Notes under the pieces: model-generated | Told to the model about the DNA's origin: nothing | What the model saw: the letters and a program-made list of their open reading frames with translations, nothing else | The model's database searches: none | IMG/VR virus record: IMGVR_UViG_3300018080_000189 | Location: 1 to 61,963 of that record | From: a virus | Lineage: Duplodnaviria > Caudoviricetes | Reading direction: 5' to 3' (one strand) | Length of the DNA: 61,963 nucleotides | Position numbers and translations under genes: made by a program | Shown here: positions 25,065-34,490 of the stretch, in pieces | Layout: each line of letters opens with the position of its first letter | Position numbering within the stretch: position 1 is the first letter of the stretch

Positions 25065-25889
25065 TTATTTTATTATCCTCAATCCCGTACTTGATTTCTT
25101 ATCGGAATCATCCTCGATTATCTTCGGAATTTTTTCTCCAGATTGTGTTTCCCATTCCGTGAACCACGCCTTACTACCGGCTTTGCGGAATCCTTGCTCG
25201 ACCATCCAAGCGCGCCCGATATCCTTCACCGACGCCAAACGGTCTTGTTCTTGATACCACCCATACCGATGATCCGTAATATACTGCCCGAAATTTGCGT
25301 TTCCACCTTTGATTTGCTTCTCTGGGTTCTTAGTATCATCCAGGTGCGGAAGGACGTGTTTAATGAAGTCCTTACGTATTAGCGAGGGGTGTCCACAATA
25401 CCCCAGTAATCCACGTAGGTGTTTATCAACCTCGAAAAACGTACCGTTCCAATAAACCATTTTGTCCCAGCATTTCATTACGTGGGTGCCGGAACGGAAT
25501 GCGGAGAGGTGGAGGATTTCAAGTTCCGGGTAAATGCAGAGTAGAATTAGCATTTGTTGGAGGTTGATGGGATGTAGGAGTTCCCAGTCGTCCTCTAAGT
25601 GGAATACGCATTCACTATCGGATTGAAGGGCTTGTTGCCAGGTCCAGATGAACGCCTTTGGGAATGAGGACTCGTTGGGCATGTGCGCGGTGATTATATG
25701 TGGGCGGAAGTGCTGCTTACATACTCGAAATACCGCGTGCTGATCGCTCACTCCACACGGATCGATGTTGATGAATACGTTTCGGATTATGTTCATGTGA
25801 GGGCCGAACATATTACGACAGAATGACGAGAGGGTCCGGTCGAGAATTTCCGGTCGGCATGTCGCGGTTATAGTTATGTCGATACTCAT
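25065..25889 (-). CDS. GT-A fold glycosyltransferase
   Basis: ITATCRPEIL..TL.SF; FHLEDDW DxD-like motif; HPSL. Confidence 0.75.
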   Translation of the reverse strand: MSIDITITATCRPEILDRTLSSFCRNMFGPHMNIIRNVFINIDPCGVSDQHAVFRVCKQHFRPHIITAHMPNESSFPKAFIWTWQQALQSDSECVFHLEDDWELLHPINLQQMLILLCIYPELEILHLSAFRSGTHVMKCWDKMVYWNGTFFEVDKHLRGLLGYCGHPSLIRKDFIKHVLPHLDDTKNPEKQIKGGNANFGQYITDHRYGWYQEQDRLASVKDIGRAWMVEQGFRKAGSKAWFTEWETQSGEKIPKIIEDDSDKKSSTGLRIIK

Positions 25890-26064
25890 GACTCTATCTC
25901 CTTCCGTTGTATCTTTTCAGACATAGAATCCTTTATCGTTATACGATATTGTAGTAATTCTCGTATAATTGATATTAATTCAAATCTCAGATGCCCTAAA
26001 TCATTGAAATTGACAGGCGGTTTTCTCTCTAATATATAAAGAATAGTTTTTATCCTCTCATCTG

Positions 26065-26667
26065 TCATTTGGCTATCCTTTCCCATATCATGAGGTTATT
26101 ATAATACGCCTTTATACCTTTCTTGTGTTGCCAGGGCTCCCATTTACGCTGGAGCTGCATTACCAAGTCGGTTCGTGCTCGATACCCCCGGTCAGTGAAT
26201 TTATGAAACCAATACGGATACGACTGGCAATTAACATGACACCTACCGCCCTGGCCAGGGGGTGCGGCGGTCATTACAATCATGTCTGAAAATGAACAGA
26301 GATTATCTACAAATATATCGGCATACTCTGGTTCTAAGTGTTCAGCTACCTCGAAACAGATAGCGATATCGGCTCTTCGGATTAGTAATTCTCTAATAGG
26401 TTTTCTGAGATCTCTGATAAACACGTAGTTGTTCATTGGTATGCCCACTGCTGGTAATGCGTTTGCCGTGCCTTCGATACCGTAGCAGGGGGATTTTATC
26501 CTCTCACTAAACCTAGTGAGCAGATCCCCATTACCACACCCGACATCGATTACGGATTTGGGATTGAAAACCTCCATAATTGCATCCACTACGATTGGTA
26601 CGCGCCAACTAAGTGATTTTCGTTGTGCAAAGAATTTTTTATTATACGCTATGTCTAAATCATACAT
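26065..26667 (-). CDS. Class I SAM-dependent methyltransferase
   Basis: VIDVGCGNG, CFEVAEHL, TAAPPGQGG..HVNCQ. Confidence 0.85.
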   Translation of the reverse strand: MYDLDIAYNKKFFAQRKSLSWRVPIVVDAIMEVFNPKSVIDVGCGNGDLLTRFSERIKSPCYGIEGTANALPAVGIPMNNYVFIRDLRKPIRELLIRRADIAICFEVAEHLEPEYADIFVDNLCSFSDMIVMTAAPPGQGGRCHVNCQSYPYWFHKFTDRGYRARTDLVMQLQRKWEPWQHKKGIKAYYNNLMIWERIAK

Positions 26668-27793
26668 TTTGATATTTCTCCATAAAATACTGTCCTGCGG
26701 CCCGACGATCCGGTCGGGGGTTAGCTTCGATAAATTCCAGAATATCGAGCATCTTGGGAATAGCTATCTCGTGTAGACCATTGATCCTCTTGTAAGTGGT
26801 GTGGTCTACTTCCGGGTACACATTAAGTGCTTGGTTTATTATACAGGCGATATTAGCCGGGTCCTGAGGTATGTGGACCGAATGTGTCCAGATCGTAGGC
26901 GATACGTGGCGCTCTCCGAATATTAGTGGTAAGCACCCACAACACATGGCCTCCAGAATACCACGATCATTCTGGCCACCGTATCCTGGATGCACAAATA
27001 ATTTAGTGCGATTCATAGCCAAAGCGAGCTGTTGTCGTGTCATGTTGATTGGTCCTTCTATATCCACATCACCAGAACTAATTATGTCGCGGATTATTTT
27101 CACTGAAATCCCCCGCATAAACCCGCCGGGGAGTATAGCGCGGGGCTTGACCCCGAATAGGTGGTAATACTTTTGAAGAGCTTGTACGGTGAAATGTTGA
27201 CCCTTTTTCTTATGTATGTGGGATGCGCCTATCATTACGTCGTATTCTTTGGGGAGTGTATTTGACGCGTCTATGATACCAAATATGTCTTCGTTGACGG
27301 GTTTTGAAAATGGAAAATGGAGCCGACCACGAGCGAGTTTAGGCGTGTCAATCAGGTCATTCAGCGTGATGTCCCAGAATGGCCAAGGGTGTCGATTGGT
27401 ATTAGCGCGGTAGAACAGTATCCAGTTTTCCCGGCGTTTATATATGTGATTGAGGAGAGGGTACCATGCTTTGAACCCTCCCCTCACTACTAATATATCT
27501 CCAGGGTGGATGATGTTAGCTACCATGGCCATTGAAGGGATTGTGTAGAGAGCTGATCGGTGACCTAGATTAAGGACGCCGGGGGAGATTTTGGAATCTA
27601 CAAACACGCGCAGGTCAGTTATGTGGTGCTGGTCGGTGAGGGTTTTGAACATATTCACCATACCGTCTGAATAGGCTGGGATAGCGAATTTGTTGCGAGT
27701 GGTTCGGTCGGGGTCAAAATGCGGGGCAGGATCGGAAGGGTAGGCGATAGGAGCACCCCCTGAGGTGTAGAGATATATTAGTTTTTGTGGCAT
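26660..27793 (-). CDS. GT-B (GT4-like) glycosyltransferase
   Basis: KKKGQ...LFVHP..GQNDRGILEAMCCG. Confidence 0.7.
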   Translation of the reverse strand: MPQKLIYLYTSGGAPIAYPSDPAPHFDPDRTTRNKFAIPAYSDGMVNMFKTLTDQHHITDLRVFVDSKISPGVLNLGHRSALYTIPSMAMVANIIHPGDILVVRGGFKAWYPLLNHIYKRRENWILFYRANTNRHPWPFWDITLNDLIDTPKLARGRLHFPFSKPVNEDIFGIIDASNTLPKEYDVMIGASHIHKKKGQHFTVQALQKYYHLFGVKPRAILPGGFMRGISVKIIRDIISSGDVDIEGPINMTRQQLALAMNRTKLFVHPGYGGQNDRGILEAMCCGCLPLIFGERHVSPTIWTHSVHIPQDPANIACIINQALNVYPEVDHTTYKRINGLHEIAIPKMLDILEFIEANPRPDRRAAGQYFMEKYQNV

Positions 27794-27996
27794 ATACTAC
27801 AGATCCTTTCCTCTATATATAGTGGTTGTAGTGCATAACGTAGATGTACTCGTACTTTCTTCCCCTGGAGTAAAGGTATACAGACGGCCAATAGTTCCGT
27901 CTAACCATTTATACAACTTCTCTGTCTTATTAGTACCAAGTACAGTAGCGTCGTAGGTGGGTATACGGCTACTTTTTATTTGAGTATCCCACCCAT

Positions 27997-28197
27997 TTAG
28001 AAAGGGCGCACATACACCTTCATACGAGTTTTATCCACTTCGCCTGAGCATTGCATATACGCTTCGATGCTGGCTTCGTGTGAGTCCTTAGCGACTATTG
28101 GGTTGGGTGTGAAGTATTTTAATACTTCTTGTTTACCTTCTTCTTCTTGTTCCTTTTTGGTTGGCTCTTCGACTATTGCTACTTCAAATAATGGCAT
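27997..28197 (-). CDS. Hypothetical protein ending VRPF; possible -1 frameshift extension to 27797
   Basis: AAGGAG RBS; C-CCT-TTC heptamer directly before the stop. Confidence 0.65.
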   Translation of the reverse strand: MPLFEVAIVEEPTKKEQEEEGKQEVLKYFTPNPIVAKDSHEASIEAYMQCSGEVDKTRMKVYVRPF

Positions 28198-28208
28198 GAT
28201 TTTCTCCT

Positions 28209-28631
28209 TTATATCTTGCCAGTTAATAAAAATACAAGCCTACCCCAAATGGTAAGCCTCTTGAGTTTTGATAATTTGTTCTCCATTCCTGCGAGTGTGC
28301 CTTTGAGTTTATCCATTGAGATTCGACGCTCTTTATCCACACGTAGTAGTTTTTTGATTTCGTAATTCTGATCAACTATTCTTTCAGACTGATCATGAAC
28401 GCAGTCGAATGCTATACCGATAATATTCTGTACTCTCTTAGTCATACCTATCGTTACAGCTGGCTTTCCAGGTACCACATAGTCTATACCGCGTATTAGT
28501 TCTAGTTTAGCTGGACTGTTATTTTCTCTAGTTCTGAATTTAAAGCGTTTTTCGTCATCTCTTTCTTCCAATTCAATACTGTGATTAGCAGTCTTAAAAT
28601 ATTTAACATCAGTTATAACTATCATACCCAC
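28209..28631 (-). CDS. Hypothetical coiled-coil protein
   Basis: ORF. Confidence 0.55.
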   Translation of the reverse strand: MGMIVITDVKYFKTANHSIELEERDDEKRFKFRTRENNSPAKLELIRGIDYVVPGKPAVTIGMTKRVQNIIGIAFDCVHDQSERIVDQNYEIKKLLRVDKERRISMDKLKGTLAGMENKLSKLKRLTIWGRLVFLLTGKI

Positions 28632-29941
28632 AACCTACTCTCTTGCAATATCGGACCGTAGTATCGCGTATATAGATAATCATAGTTATAATGCCGCCGC
28701 ATGAACGTCTTCAACCTCACACTCTCATTAGCCAATATCCGCCCCAACACAATCAGAGCGATATCGCGCAATAACGGATCTATGCCGTTAATGTGATTCA
28801 CGCCACGATTGAATGACCCGAAATCAAAGAACAGCGCATTATACCCACTCACCTCGTGCATCATATCAAGTGAACCATTGAGTACGACGATTGGGCTCCC
28901 ACACAGAGCCGCTTCTGGGAGTACTAGCCCGAACGTCTCCTCGCGGGTAGGGAATATAAATACATTCGATAATTGGAATAGTTCCCGGATCATGTGTTTG
29001 GGTATGCCCACGCCGAACCGCCCCTCTTTGCCTGCGGGCTTGAAGTCTGGTGTGAATATAATCTCTGTACCGATGGTGAGACCGAGATCCACTGCTTGCT
29101 TTTTGTAGTTGTTGATGATGTCGAGTTGTTTCTGGCCGGTGGCCCACTGGGTGGCAATGACCAAACACACGGATTTACCCAAGCGCTTAAAGTGCCCGAA
29201 AATCCCCAACACTTCAGAGAGACGCTTAGCCTCTAGTCGATCCACCGACGCTGGGTAGATTTGAACTATCTCCGCTTGCATTACACCTGGGTAGGTATCG
29301 ATGAACTGCCTGGTATCTTCGCTATAATCGCATAGAGACCGTATGTCTTTAATATGGGGTATTACTCTCACATCGTCCATCACGCCTCGGTACTGTTCAG
29401 CCACTCTCAGCGCGTCAGAGCGATTTGGGTATAGGAGTTTGTGGCGCTTCCCGTAGAGCTTGATCTGCCAGAAATCAGACTCGGCTGACGGTACTGAGTG
29501 AATCGCGTGTAGCCATTTGACATTTGGTAAGTCCTTTGACGCTTCCATAATAGCGACAGCGAATGGTAAGTGCCAGCCTTGAAACACAATGTCTTCGGTA
29601 AACACCAGATCATAGTCTTTGAGTTCTTCTCTGAGCATCGCAGCGGTTTTGTTCTTGATCTGTTGGTGTTCGGCGGGGGTGCTGACTCCCGGCGCGGGTT
29701 TGTACGATTGGTCTTCACCTGTGAATTGCGCGAGCGTGTGATAGTCTGCCAGATGGGTGAACGGGATTTTCTTTTCGAGTATTACGTCGGCAGGGAACTC
29801 CTCGCCATGGTAGCGTTCAGACACGAATAAATGCACCTCGTGTCCGTATTTAGTGAGCATTTCTGCCCGGTCCTTTACTATGCCGGTCAGCGAATACTGC
29901 GGCATAAAGGATTGGAATGTAGTGATGATTCCAATTTTCAT
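28622..29941 (-). CDS. GT4-family (GT-B) glycosyltransferase
   Basis: MKIGII; FIFPTREETFGLVLPEAALCG; GGAGGAGG RBS. Confidence 0.9.
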   Translation of the reverse strand: MKIGIITTFQSFMPQYSLTGIVKDRAEMLTKYGHEVHLFVSERYHGEEFPADVILEKKIPFTHLADYHTLAQFTGEDQSYKPAPGVSTPAEHQQIKNKTAAMLREELKDYDLVFTEDIVFQGWHLPFAVAIMEASKDLPNVKWLHAIHSVPSAESDFWQIKLYGKRHKLLYPNRSDALRVAEQYRGVMDDVRVIPHIKDIRSLCDYSEDTRQFIDTYPGVMQAEIVQIYPASVDRLEAKRLSEVLGIFGHFKRLGKSVCLVIATQWATGQKQLDIINNYKKQAVDLGLTIGTEIIFTPDFKPAGKEGRFGVGIPKHMIRELFQLSNVFIFPTREETFGLVLPEAALCGSPIVVLNGSLDMMHEVSGYNALFFDFGSFNRGVNHINGIDPLLRDIALIVLGRILANESVRLKTFMRRHYNYDYLYTRYYGPILQESRLWV

Positions 29942-29964
29942 TTAGGTCCTCCTCCTTATCAGTG

Positions 29965-30009
29965 AATAAAACAAACGGGATAGCGACCACTCAGATCAAC
30001 CATCCCGTT
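29965..30009 (-). terminator. Hairpin/terminator upstream of the glycosyltransferase block
   Basis: - strand AACGGGATGG...CTATCCCGTT stem with G-U pairs, then TGTTTTATT. Confidence 0.55.
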
Positions 30010-30216
30010 CAATGATCCTGTCTCTCACAGACAAGCATATATCATACCAATCCTATGTCATTGATATTTCGTATTTGGTATTTTGAATCTGTTCAATTTT
30101 TGAACATCTCCCATTACAGGCTGTTCGATATTTGATATGCCAGGAGCGGGAGGGGATCACCAAAGCCAGCCCATGAACTTTGGTGAACCGCACTCCCAAT
30201 GGCATTCAGTTAGTTA

Positions 30217-32226
30217 TTATGGAGGAGGAGTAGAGGTTGTAGTACAGGTAGTAGTGGTAGAAGTGTGTGTAGAGGAGGTAGTGGATAACGTCGATGCTGT
30301 AGAGGATGTAGTAGAGCATGATGAGGTTGTGGTGGAGAGTGTTGATGCTGTTGATGAAGTCGAGGACGAGGTAGTCGAAGTGTGCGTTGTCGAGGTAGTT
30401 GAGAGTGTGGAGGCTGTGGATGAGGTTGAAGACGAGGTGGTTGTGGTTGTTGAGAGTGTGGAGGCTGTGGATGAGGTTGAAGACGTTGAAGACGAGGTGG
30501 TTGTGGTTGTCGTACTAGATGATGTCGTAGTCCAGAACTTAGGATACCCGTCTGGACAACACGTATTGTACGTAAGATTATCTAAGTCGAAATAACCACC
30601 TTGGTCACTTGCGGACCCGTGCGCCTCTAGTCTAATGCCTTCTATGGCAGACGCTTGGCCGCCAAAGTCTCTACTATCTACTAGAACCCAAGATCCATTA
30701 TAGTAGTAATAGGTGCTCAAGACGTTCCCCACTCTAGTCACTCTAGCCGATGCCGGTAGACTAGTCAACCCACTATCCTGGCTGTATTGATTATCACCAC
30801 TTACGGTAAGTTTAGACTGCGCTCTGTAATCCCCCTCGGAGTATTGCCACAATAACAGCCTAGCATAACTGCTTTGGCTTTGAGCAGAATCAATAAAAAA
30901 GAAGAAGAATGAGTTTCCTAATTCAGTCGGGTCGGGGGTATAGTTGGATATGTCAACACTCACATCAAAATCGCCCGATGGTAACATATACTGGTAATCT
31001 GCGTAAACTAGCTCCCCATCATCTGAACTACAATATAGTCTTAGCTTATTGCCTACTAATGTGGCCGTGGAGTTTCCGTTTTCAGTGATTGAAAATCGTG
31101 TCATATCCTCGAATGTCTCGCTGTATTCACACCAATAAGTGGTAGTAGTGGTAGAAGAAGAGGTAGAAGTATGAGTAGATGTTGTGGTAGATGTTGTGGT
31201 AGAAAAAGAGGTTGTGGTAGTGGAAGAGGTTGTCGAAGAAGACGTGGTGGAGAGCGTAGTTGAGGACGTTGATGTAGTAGAGAGCGTAGATGCTGTACTG
31301 GACGTTGAGGAGGACGTAGAGGATGAGGAAGAGGATGTGGTTGTGGAAAGTGTGGATGCAGTAGAGGATGTCGAGCTAGTGGTTGACATAGAGGAAGAGG
31401 TAGTAGAGAGTGTAGACGAAGAAGAAGAGGTAGTGGACAGTGTAGACGAAGAAGACGATGTGGTTGAGAGTGTAGATGCTGTAGATGATGTAGTACTAGA
31501 GCTTGAAGACGTTGTTGTTGTAGATGACGTGGTTGAGATAGTTGAGGCCGTCGTGCTAGTACTGGAGCTTGAAGATGTTGTGGATGTCGAAGAGCTGGTG
31601 GTTGACATAGAAGACGAGGTAGTTGAGAGTGTACTGGAGCTTGAAGATGAAGATGACGAGGTGGTTGTAGATGACGTAGTAGATAATGTAGACGCTGTGG
31701 AGGACGTAGAGGATGAGGAAGAGGTTGTAGACAAGGTAGATGAGGTAGTTGAATACGTAGACGAGGTTGTGGATATAGTAGATGATGTAGATGAAGACGA
31801 GGATGAAGAGGTCGTAGTAGATAGTGTCGTTGAGGTTGTAGTGGATGACGACGATGAGGACGTAGAAGATGATGTAGTGGTTGTAGAGGACGTGGACGTG
31901 GTGGTAGAGGTAGATGAGCTTGTAGATGTGGTCGAGGACGAGGATGACGTGGACGATGTAGAAGACGACGAGGATGTTGAACTCGACGTTGTGCTTAGCG
32001 TACTAGCTGTAGAGGATGTAGAAGATGACGAAGAAGCAGTAGAGGACGTGGATGAGCAGGACGAGGTTGAGGTTGAAGTGGTCGTGGTTGACGACGTAGT
32101 GGTATGCCCCATTAGTTCATAGATCTGCTCGATTGTGCATCGGTATGTGTGCCCGTTTTGCACGACGACGAGTTGATCTGACCAATGTAGAGCGGGTACC
32201 TGGTCGTACTGGGTTATTTTTGGCAT
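30217..32226 (-). CDS. Mucin-like Ser/Thr-rich fibre protein with one ConA/lectin-like domain
   Basis: 41-aa N-cap shared with 42577-45186, ~320-aa S/T tract, ~200-aa beta domain, S/T tail ending TPPP. Confidence 0.8.
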   Translation of the reverse strand: MPKITQYDQVPALHWSDQLVVVQNGHTYRCTIEQIYELMGHTTTSSTTTTSTSTSSCSSTSSTASSSSSTSSTASTLSTTSSSTSSSSSTSSTSSSSSTTSTSSSTSTTTSTSSTTTTSSSTSSSSSSTTTSTTLSTTTSSSSSSSTSSTISTTSSTYSTTSSTLSTTSSSSSTSSTASTLSTTSSTTTSSSSSSSSSTLSTTSSSMSTTSSSTSTTSSSSSTSTTASTISTTSSTTTTSSSSSTTSSTASTLSTTSSSSSTLSTTSSSSSTLSTTSSSMSTTSSTSSTASTLSTTTSSSSSSTSSSTSSTASTLSTTSTSSTTLSTTSSSTTSSTTTTSFSTTTSTTTSTHTSTSSSTTTTTYWCEYSETFEDMTRFSITENGNSTATLVGNKLRLYCSSDDGELVYADYQYMLPSGDFDVSVDISNYTPDPTELGNSFFFFFIDSAQSQSSYARLLLWQYSEGDYRAQSKLTVSGDNQYSQDSGLTSLPASARVTRVGNVLSTYYYYNGSWVLVDSRDFGGQASAIEGIRLEAHGSASDQGGYFDLDNLTYNTCCPDGYPKFWTTTSSSTTTTTTSSSTSSTSSTASTLSTTTTTSSSTSSTASTLSTTSTTHTSTTSSSTSSTASTLSTTTSSCSTTSSTASTLSTTSSTHTSTTTTCTTTSTPPP

Positions 32227-32306
32227 TCATCCCTCCTTTGTGTTTTGTATCTTCCAGACTGGAGGATTTTGGTTGTAGTTTACATCATTTGCTAGCAGGA
32301 GATGTT

Positions 32307-33935
32307 CTAGGCGTATTCCGCATAGCCGCCTCCGACAAATTGTGTGCCGGGCCATCCAGGGGAGAAGTCGTTAATGACTAGGCCGGGACCCGGTGGTGAT
32401 ACTTCATATTTGATCATTTTATTGAGTCCGAATATATGAAAAGCGAACCCGCTGGAATAGACAAAAGGGTGAGCCAGTACGGAATTCCAATACGCGGTGT
32501 AGTCAGCTAGAACAGAACTAAGCGTAGATGAGTACCCCACCATACGCCAGAGTTGAGCTTTGTATTTGCTTTCGGCGATTGAATACCAATGCACACTCAT
32601 AACGAGATCCCCCAAAAATGAGCACGCACCATCCAGAGAGACAAAACCAGTGAGGGAGTCAGCGTATGGGAATGTTAGTGTGGAAGAGATTGCGGTACTG
32701 ACGCCGTTGTGAACGCGTAGAGTACCACCATGGATACTTACGAGATTGGTAGTGGTTTCGTCGTAGTATAGTCCTGAGATTGGAAGAGCTGATATGTCGC
32801 CAATTACTGAGTCTACTATGGTGGAGATCCCGCTGAATTGATAAAGATTGAAATGAGAGTGCTGCTCAGCCGCAATCATGTTCTCGCCAGGCCCACGACA
32901 GCACCCACGCCACCGACCGCCTATTGAGTTGGATTCTGTTTCCAGAAGAGTATTTGACCATCCGGCGAATTTATATAGATCACCCCCTATATAGGAGATT
33001 TGGAATATACCAGGAACGTCTGGCGGTGCTGAAGTGGTGGTAGACGACGATGAAGTTGTGCAAGGATTGTCTTCAAACCCAATCACGCGAGGGGCTTCCC
33101 AGTTTTGGCCATAGAACCCGACAACAACTCTATCACCTATCTCGTAGGGCCCACCGTCATCGCGGTTCTTATATACCATAGGGACATTAGTGAGTGTACG
33201 GGTTACATCGGTGGCTAAGCCCTGAGCTGTCGAGTAGGCATCGAGTAGCACCGAGCATTTACTATTGTTTTTGATGTGCTGGGTAATGGTGCCCAATCGA
33301 TATAGAGGTTTCCACTTCTGCCATCCAGGAAATAGAGTGTAGTTGTAGGCAGCCTCGGCAGGAGACATTGATGCGACAGATCTGAGCTGGCCATCGCGGG
33401 ATTCGGAATATTCAGAATCTTCCCCGTCAGCGCCACCTGGGTGTATTAGAATAGTGTCGTCAGTGTTGGGGATTTCGAGAGTCCCTACAGAGCCAGTTAG
33501 GTTGCGAGTACAGTCGGCGCACCAGACTGTTCGGATATCCTCAGTGACTAGATTATTGAGATAGTCTCGTTGTTTTTCGAGTGATTTTTGTTTTAGTACA
33601 GCGGTTTGGTATTGGCTTTTAGCGCTGAGTAGTGCGGAGTAGGCTGAGCGCTCAGCTGATACTGCTGAGTTTACTTTTGATCCTGGGTTTTCCCCCGGGC
33701 TCTCTACCCGCTGACGTACAATCGCATTAAGATCGGATTCAGCTCTTTGGTGAGCACGTTGAGCGTTATCATACGCTTGAGAGCGTTCACTTATGGTAGT
33801 ATCAAGGAACTGTATTTCTTTGGATAGTATCTTGGCCTGATTGAGAGCGCGCTCGTCAGATTTCTCTATGCGCACGCGGTATCGCCCCCGCGCTAGGTTT
33901 CTGTCGCCAGATCCGAGTATAGTAGCCTTGCCCAT
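32307..33935 (-). CDS. Tail tip protein (coiled coil, OB-like region, short S/T linker, beta-rich C-terminus)
   Basis: Third gene after the tape measure; PGWQKWKP..R.G.I and GDRVVV.F...W..P.VIGF. Confidence 0.6.
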   Translation of the reverse strand: MGKATILGSGDRNLARGRYRVRIEKSDERALNQAKILSKEIQFLDTTISERSQAYDNAQRAHQRAESDLNAIVRQRVESPGENPGSKVNSAVSAERSAYSALLSAKSQYQTAVLKQKSLEKQRDYLNNLVTEDIRTVWCADCTRNLTGSVGTLEIPNTDDTILIHPGGADGEDSEYSESRDGQLRSVASMSPAEAAYNYTLFPGWQKWKPLYRLGTITQHIKNNSKCSVLLDAYSTAQGLATDVTRTLTNVPMVYKNRDDGGPYEIGDRVVVGFYGQNWEAPRVIGFEDNPCTTSSSSTTTSAPPDVPGIFQISYIGGDLYKFAGWSNTLLETESNSIGGRWRGCCRGPGENMIAAEQHSHFNLYQFSGISTIVDSVIGDISALPISGLYYDETTTNLVSIHGGTLRVHNGVSTAISSTLTFPYADSLTGFVSLDGACSFLGDLVMSVHWYSIAESKYKAQLWRMVGYSSTLSSVLADYTAYWNSVLAHPFVYSSGFAFHIFGLNKMIKYEVSPPGPGLVINDFSPGWPGTQFVGGGYAEYA

Positions 33936-34489
33936 TACCCGCTTGACGCCTCCTGTTCAAAATCGTACTGAGTAGCGTTGATAGTGAGTAATGCTACCTC
34001 AAAACTATACGCCTCGCCATTCAATGTATAAGATACGGTATCGCCAGCGGTGACGTTTTGGTAAGCGGTAAATCGCAGTCGAGTAGTGGTGCCGGTTTCG
34101 ATGTCGATACCTGAGCGGAGATAGTCTACGTCCTGGAGAGTGATGGTTTGAGGAGAGGCGTTCCAGAGAGTGCGGTGACCTACAAAAAACGCGGATTGTG
34201 ATCGACTACCGTAATCGATACGGACATTCTCAAAATCCACGGTTAGGATTTCGATTGGGTTAGAGGTGTCGCGGTCTTGGATTTTGTAAATGATTAACTC
34301 GCAGTCACGGCAGTGGTTGACGCGGGAGAGTATGTCGTCTACGTAGTCTGAGTAGTTAGGGACGACCACCTGGAGATAGGAGGGCGAACCTTCACGAATA
34401 CGAGCTGTTAATGACGATATTGGTATTGTCACATCACCGAGGTCGGGGTGGGATAATACAAATTTAAAGTTAATTTCTCTTACGCTCAT
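33935..34489 (-). CDS. Tail tip/hub-type protein
   Basis: Position after the Dit-like gene; beta-rich. Confidence 0.5.
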   Translation of the reverse strand: MSVREINFKFVLSHPDLGDVTIPISSLTARIREGSPSYLQVVVPNYSDYVDDILSRVNHCRDCELIIYKIQDRDTSNPIEILTVDFENVRIDYGSRSQSAFFVGHRTLWNASPQTITLQDVDYLRSGIDIETGTTTRLRFTAYQNVTAGDTVSYTLNGEAYSFEVALLTINATQYDFEQEASSG

Positions 34490-34490
34490 A

